From contig NC_068992.1 of NCBI RefSeq assembly GCF_001194135.2, positions 9,750,391-9,814,390 of the forward strand: a stretch of DNA of 64,000 nucleotides, given 5' to 3'. Every line of letters begins with the position of its first letter. The first letter of the stretch is position 1. This DNA comes from Octopus bimaculoides. Its lineage: Eukaryota. The translations under genes were made by a program, and so were the position numbers. The notes below the pieces were generated by a model. The model did no database searches and was not told the origin of the DNA. It saw only the letters and a list, made by a program, of their open reading frames with translations. Positions 62,566-64,000 of the stretch are shown here, piece after piece.

Positions 62566-64000
62566 AATAATGATGATAATAATAATAAAGGCAATTAGTA
62601 ATCCTGACTCTAATGTATAGAGAATTAATGATTTTGATCCTAGCTTCCTTTTGGCTTGGTGCTCTTCCAAAGTTAGATACCCTTTCTAATACCAATCACT
62701 TTACAGAATGTGTGGGGTGCTTTTTATGTGGCACTAGTCAGTGAGTGTATAGATATTGGGTCATCCCATAAATAATGAGGTTTTTTTCTACTTCTTTTAT
62801 TTTTCAATAATTGAGAGAAACAAAGTTCATTTTTAATCTAAAATACTCTTCTTCATTTTNNNNNNNNNNNNNNNNNNNNNNNNNNNNNNNNNNNNNNNNN
62901 NNNNNNNNNNNNNNNNNNNNNNNNNNNNNNNNNNNNNNNNNNNNNNNNNNNNNNNNNNNNNNNNNNNNNNNNNNNNNNNNNNNNNNNNNNNNNNNNNNNN
63001 NNNNNNNNNNNNNNNNNNNNNNNNNNNNNNNNNNNNNNNNNNNNNNNNNNNNNNNNNNNNNNNNNNNNNNNNNNNNNNNNNNNNNNNNNNNNNNNNNNNN
63101 NNNNNNNNNNNNNNNNNNNNNNNNNNNNNNNNNNNNNNNNNNNNNNNNNNNNNNNNNNNNNNNNNNNNNNNNNNNNNNNNNNNNNNNNNNNNNNNNNNNN
63201 NNNNNNNNNNNNNNNNNNNNNNNNNNNNNNNNNNNNNNNNNNNNNNNNNNNNNNNNNNNNNNNNNNAAATTTGACTGTTATTTGTAGCATGTGGCTAGCC
63301 TGCTTCAAAGACCTGGGGATATATGTCTTAAAATTTTTTTGTTTAAAAATTGAAATTTTACAAACAAATTTTTTTCAGAATCGGATCCTCCATAACCAAA
63401 AACGTGGGATTCCGTAAAACACGTGTACCGAGATGCAATTCGAAAAGTCTGCCTCTTACATAGATATATAAGTGTGAACGATTCTATGTACTATACTGGA
63501 TACATTTGGTGTTCGTCTGGTATATTGATTTTTTTCATTTTTATGTGTCTTGATTATGCCTGCACTGACGATTAAAAAGTGTATTTTTGTGCACTAATTA
63601 GGAAATCATATGATCTGCGGTTGAATCTGTTTTTAAAAGGCTCGCTTCGAGAGTTGCATTCCCACGCGTTCGATGCAATGTGTTTATTATGGTAGTTCTG
63701 ACTTTAAGAGTCTTTCCTAGCGTGAGGCATTTATGTTTAGTAATGCCCTTAATATAAATAAATAAATATATATCAATTTTACCGACTGTTATGACGGAAA
63801 AATCGGATCTTGTGAATTTTCCGAAAGTCCTTTCCCCACTCCTCCAGGATCGTTAGCGCAATTGTTTTTTCACATTCGTTTTCTACATACTTGTTAACAC
63901 CCAGTAGACTAGGATTTTTTTTTTTTGTTCACGGATGATCTTTATATTGACCGCTGAAACTGGTTAAACTAATTTCTTTGGAACTTCAAACTCTCTCGCT

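Overview
AT-rich metazoan genomic DNA from a gapped short-read assembly, with many N-gaps next to (TA)n runs and tandem repeats. The SINE/LINE repertoire and microsatellite load point to an octopus, probably Octopus bimaculoides-like (inference from repeat families, not a search). Most of the window is intronic or intergenic. It is filled with microsatellites, at least three tRNA-derived SINE families and a young RTE-tailed retroposon with a variable 5' array of hairpin modules. It also holds decayed LINEs (I/Nimb, RTE, L1/Tx1, CR1/L2, R4/Dong) and DNA transposons (Tc1 DD34E, maT DD37D, hAT-Buster, mariner and hAT MITEs, a Mutator-type foldback MITE, a Helentron-type HINE). No intact long ORF, rRNA, true tRNA or CRISPR array is present, and nearly all long ORFs in the track are microsatellite or N-gap artefacts. 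A host gene cannot be named. There is a phase-compatible chain of short minus-strand exon candidates (57.9 kb to 8.9 kb), a plus-strand exon candidate with a TPR-like peptide (53.6 kb), and a CpG-retaining, promoter-like zone at about 54.4-57.9 kb. The most interesting items are mobile-element biology: a hairpin-module retroposon apparently targeting (TA)n, a perfect-TSD foldback MITE with telomeric repeats in its loop, nested insertions, and clustered TTAGGG tracts. I did not find a clearly novel gene system.
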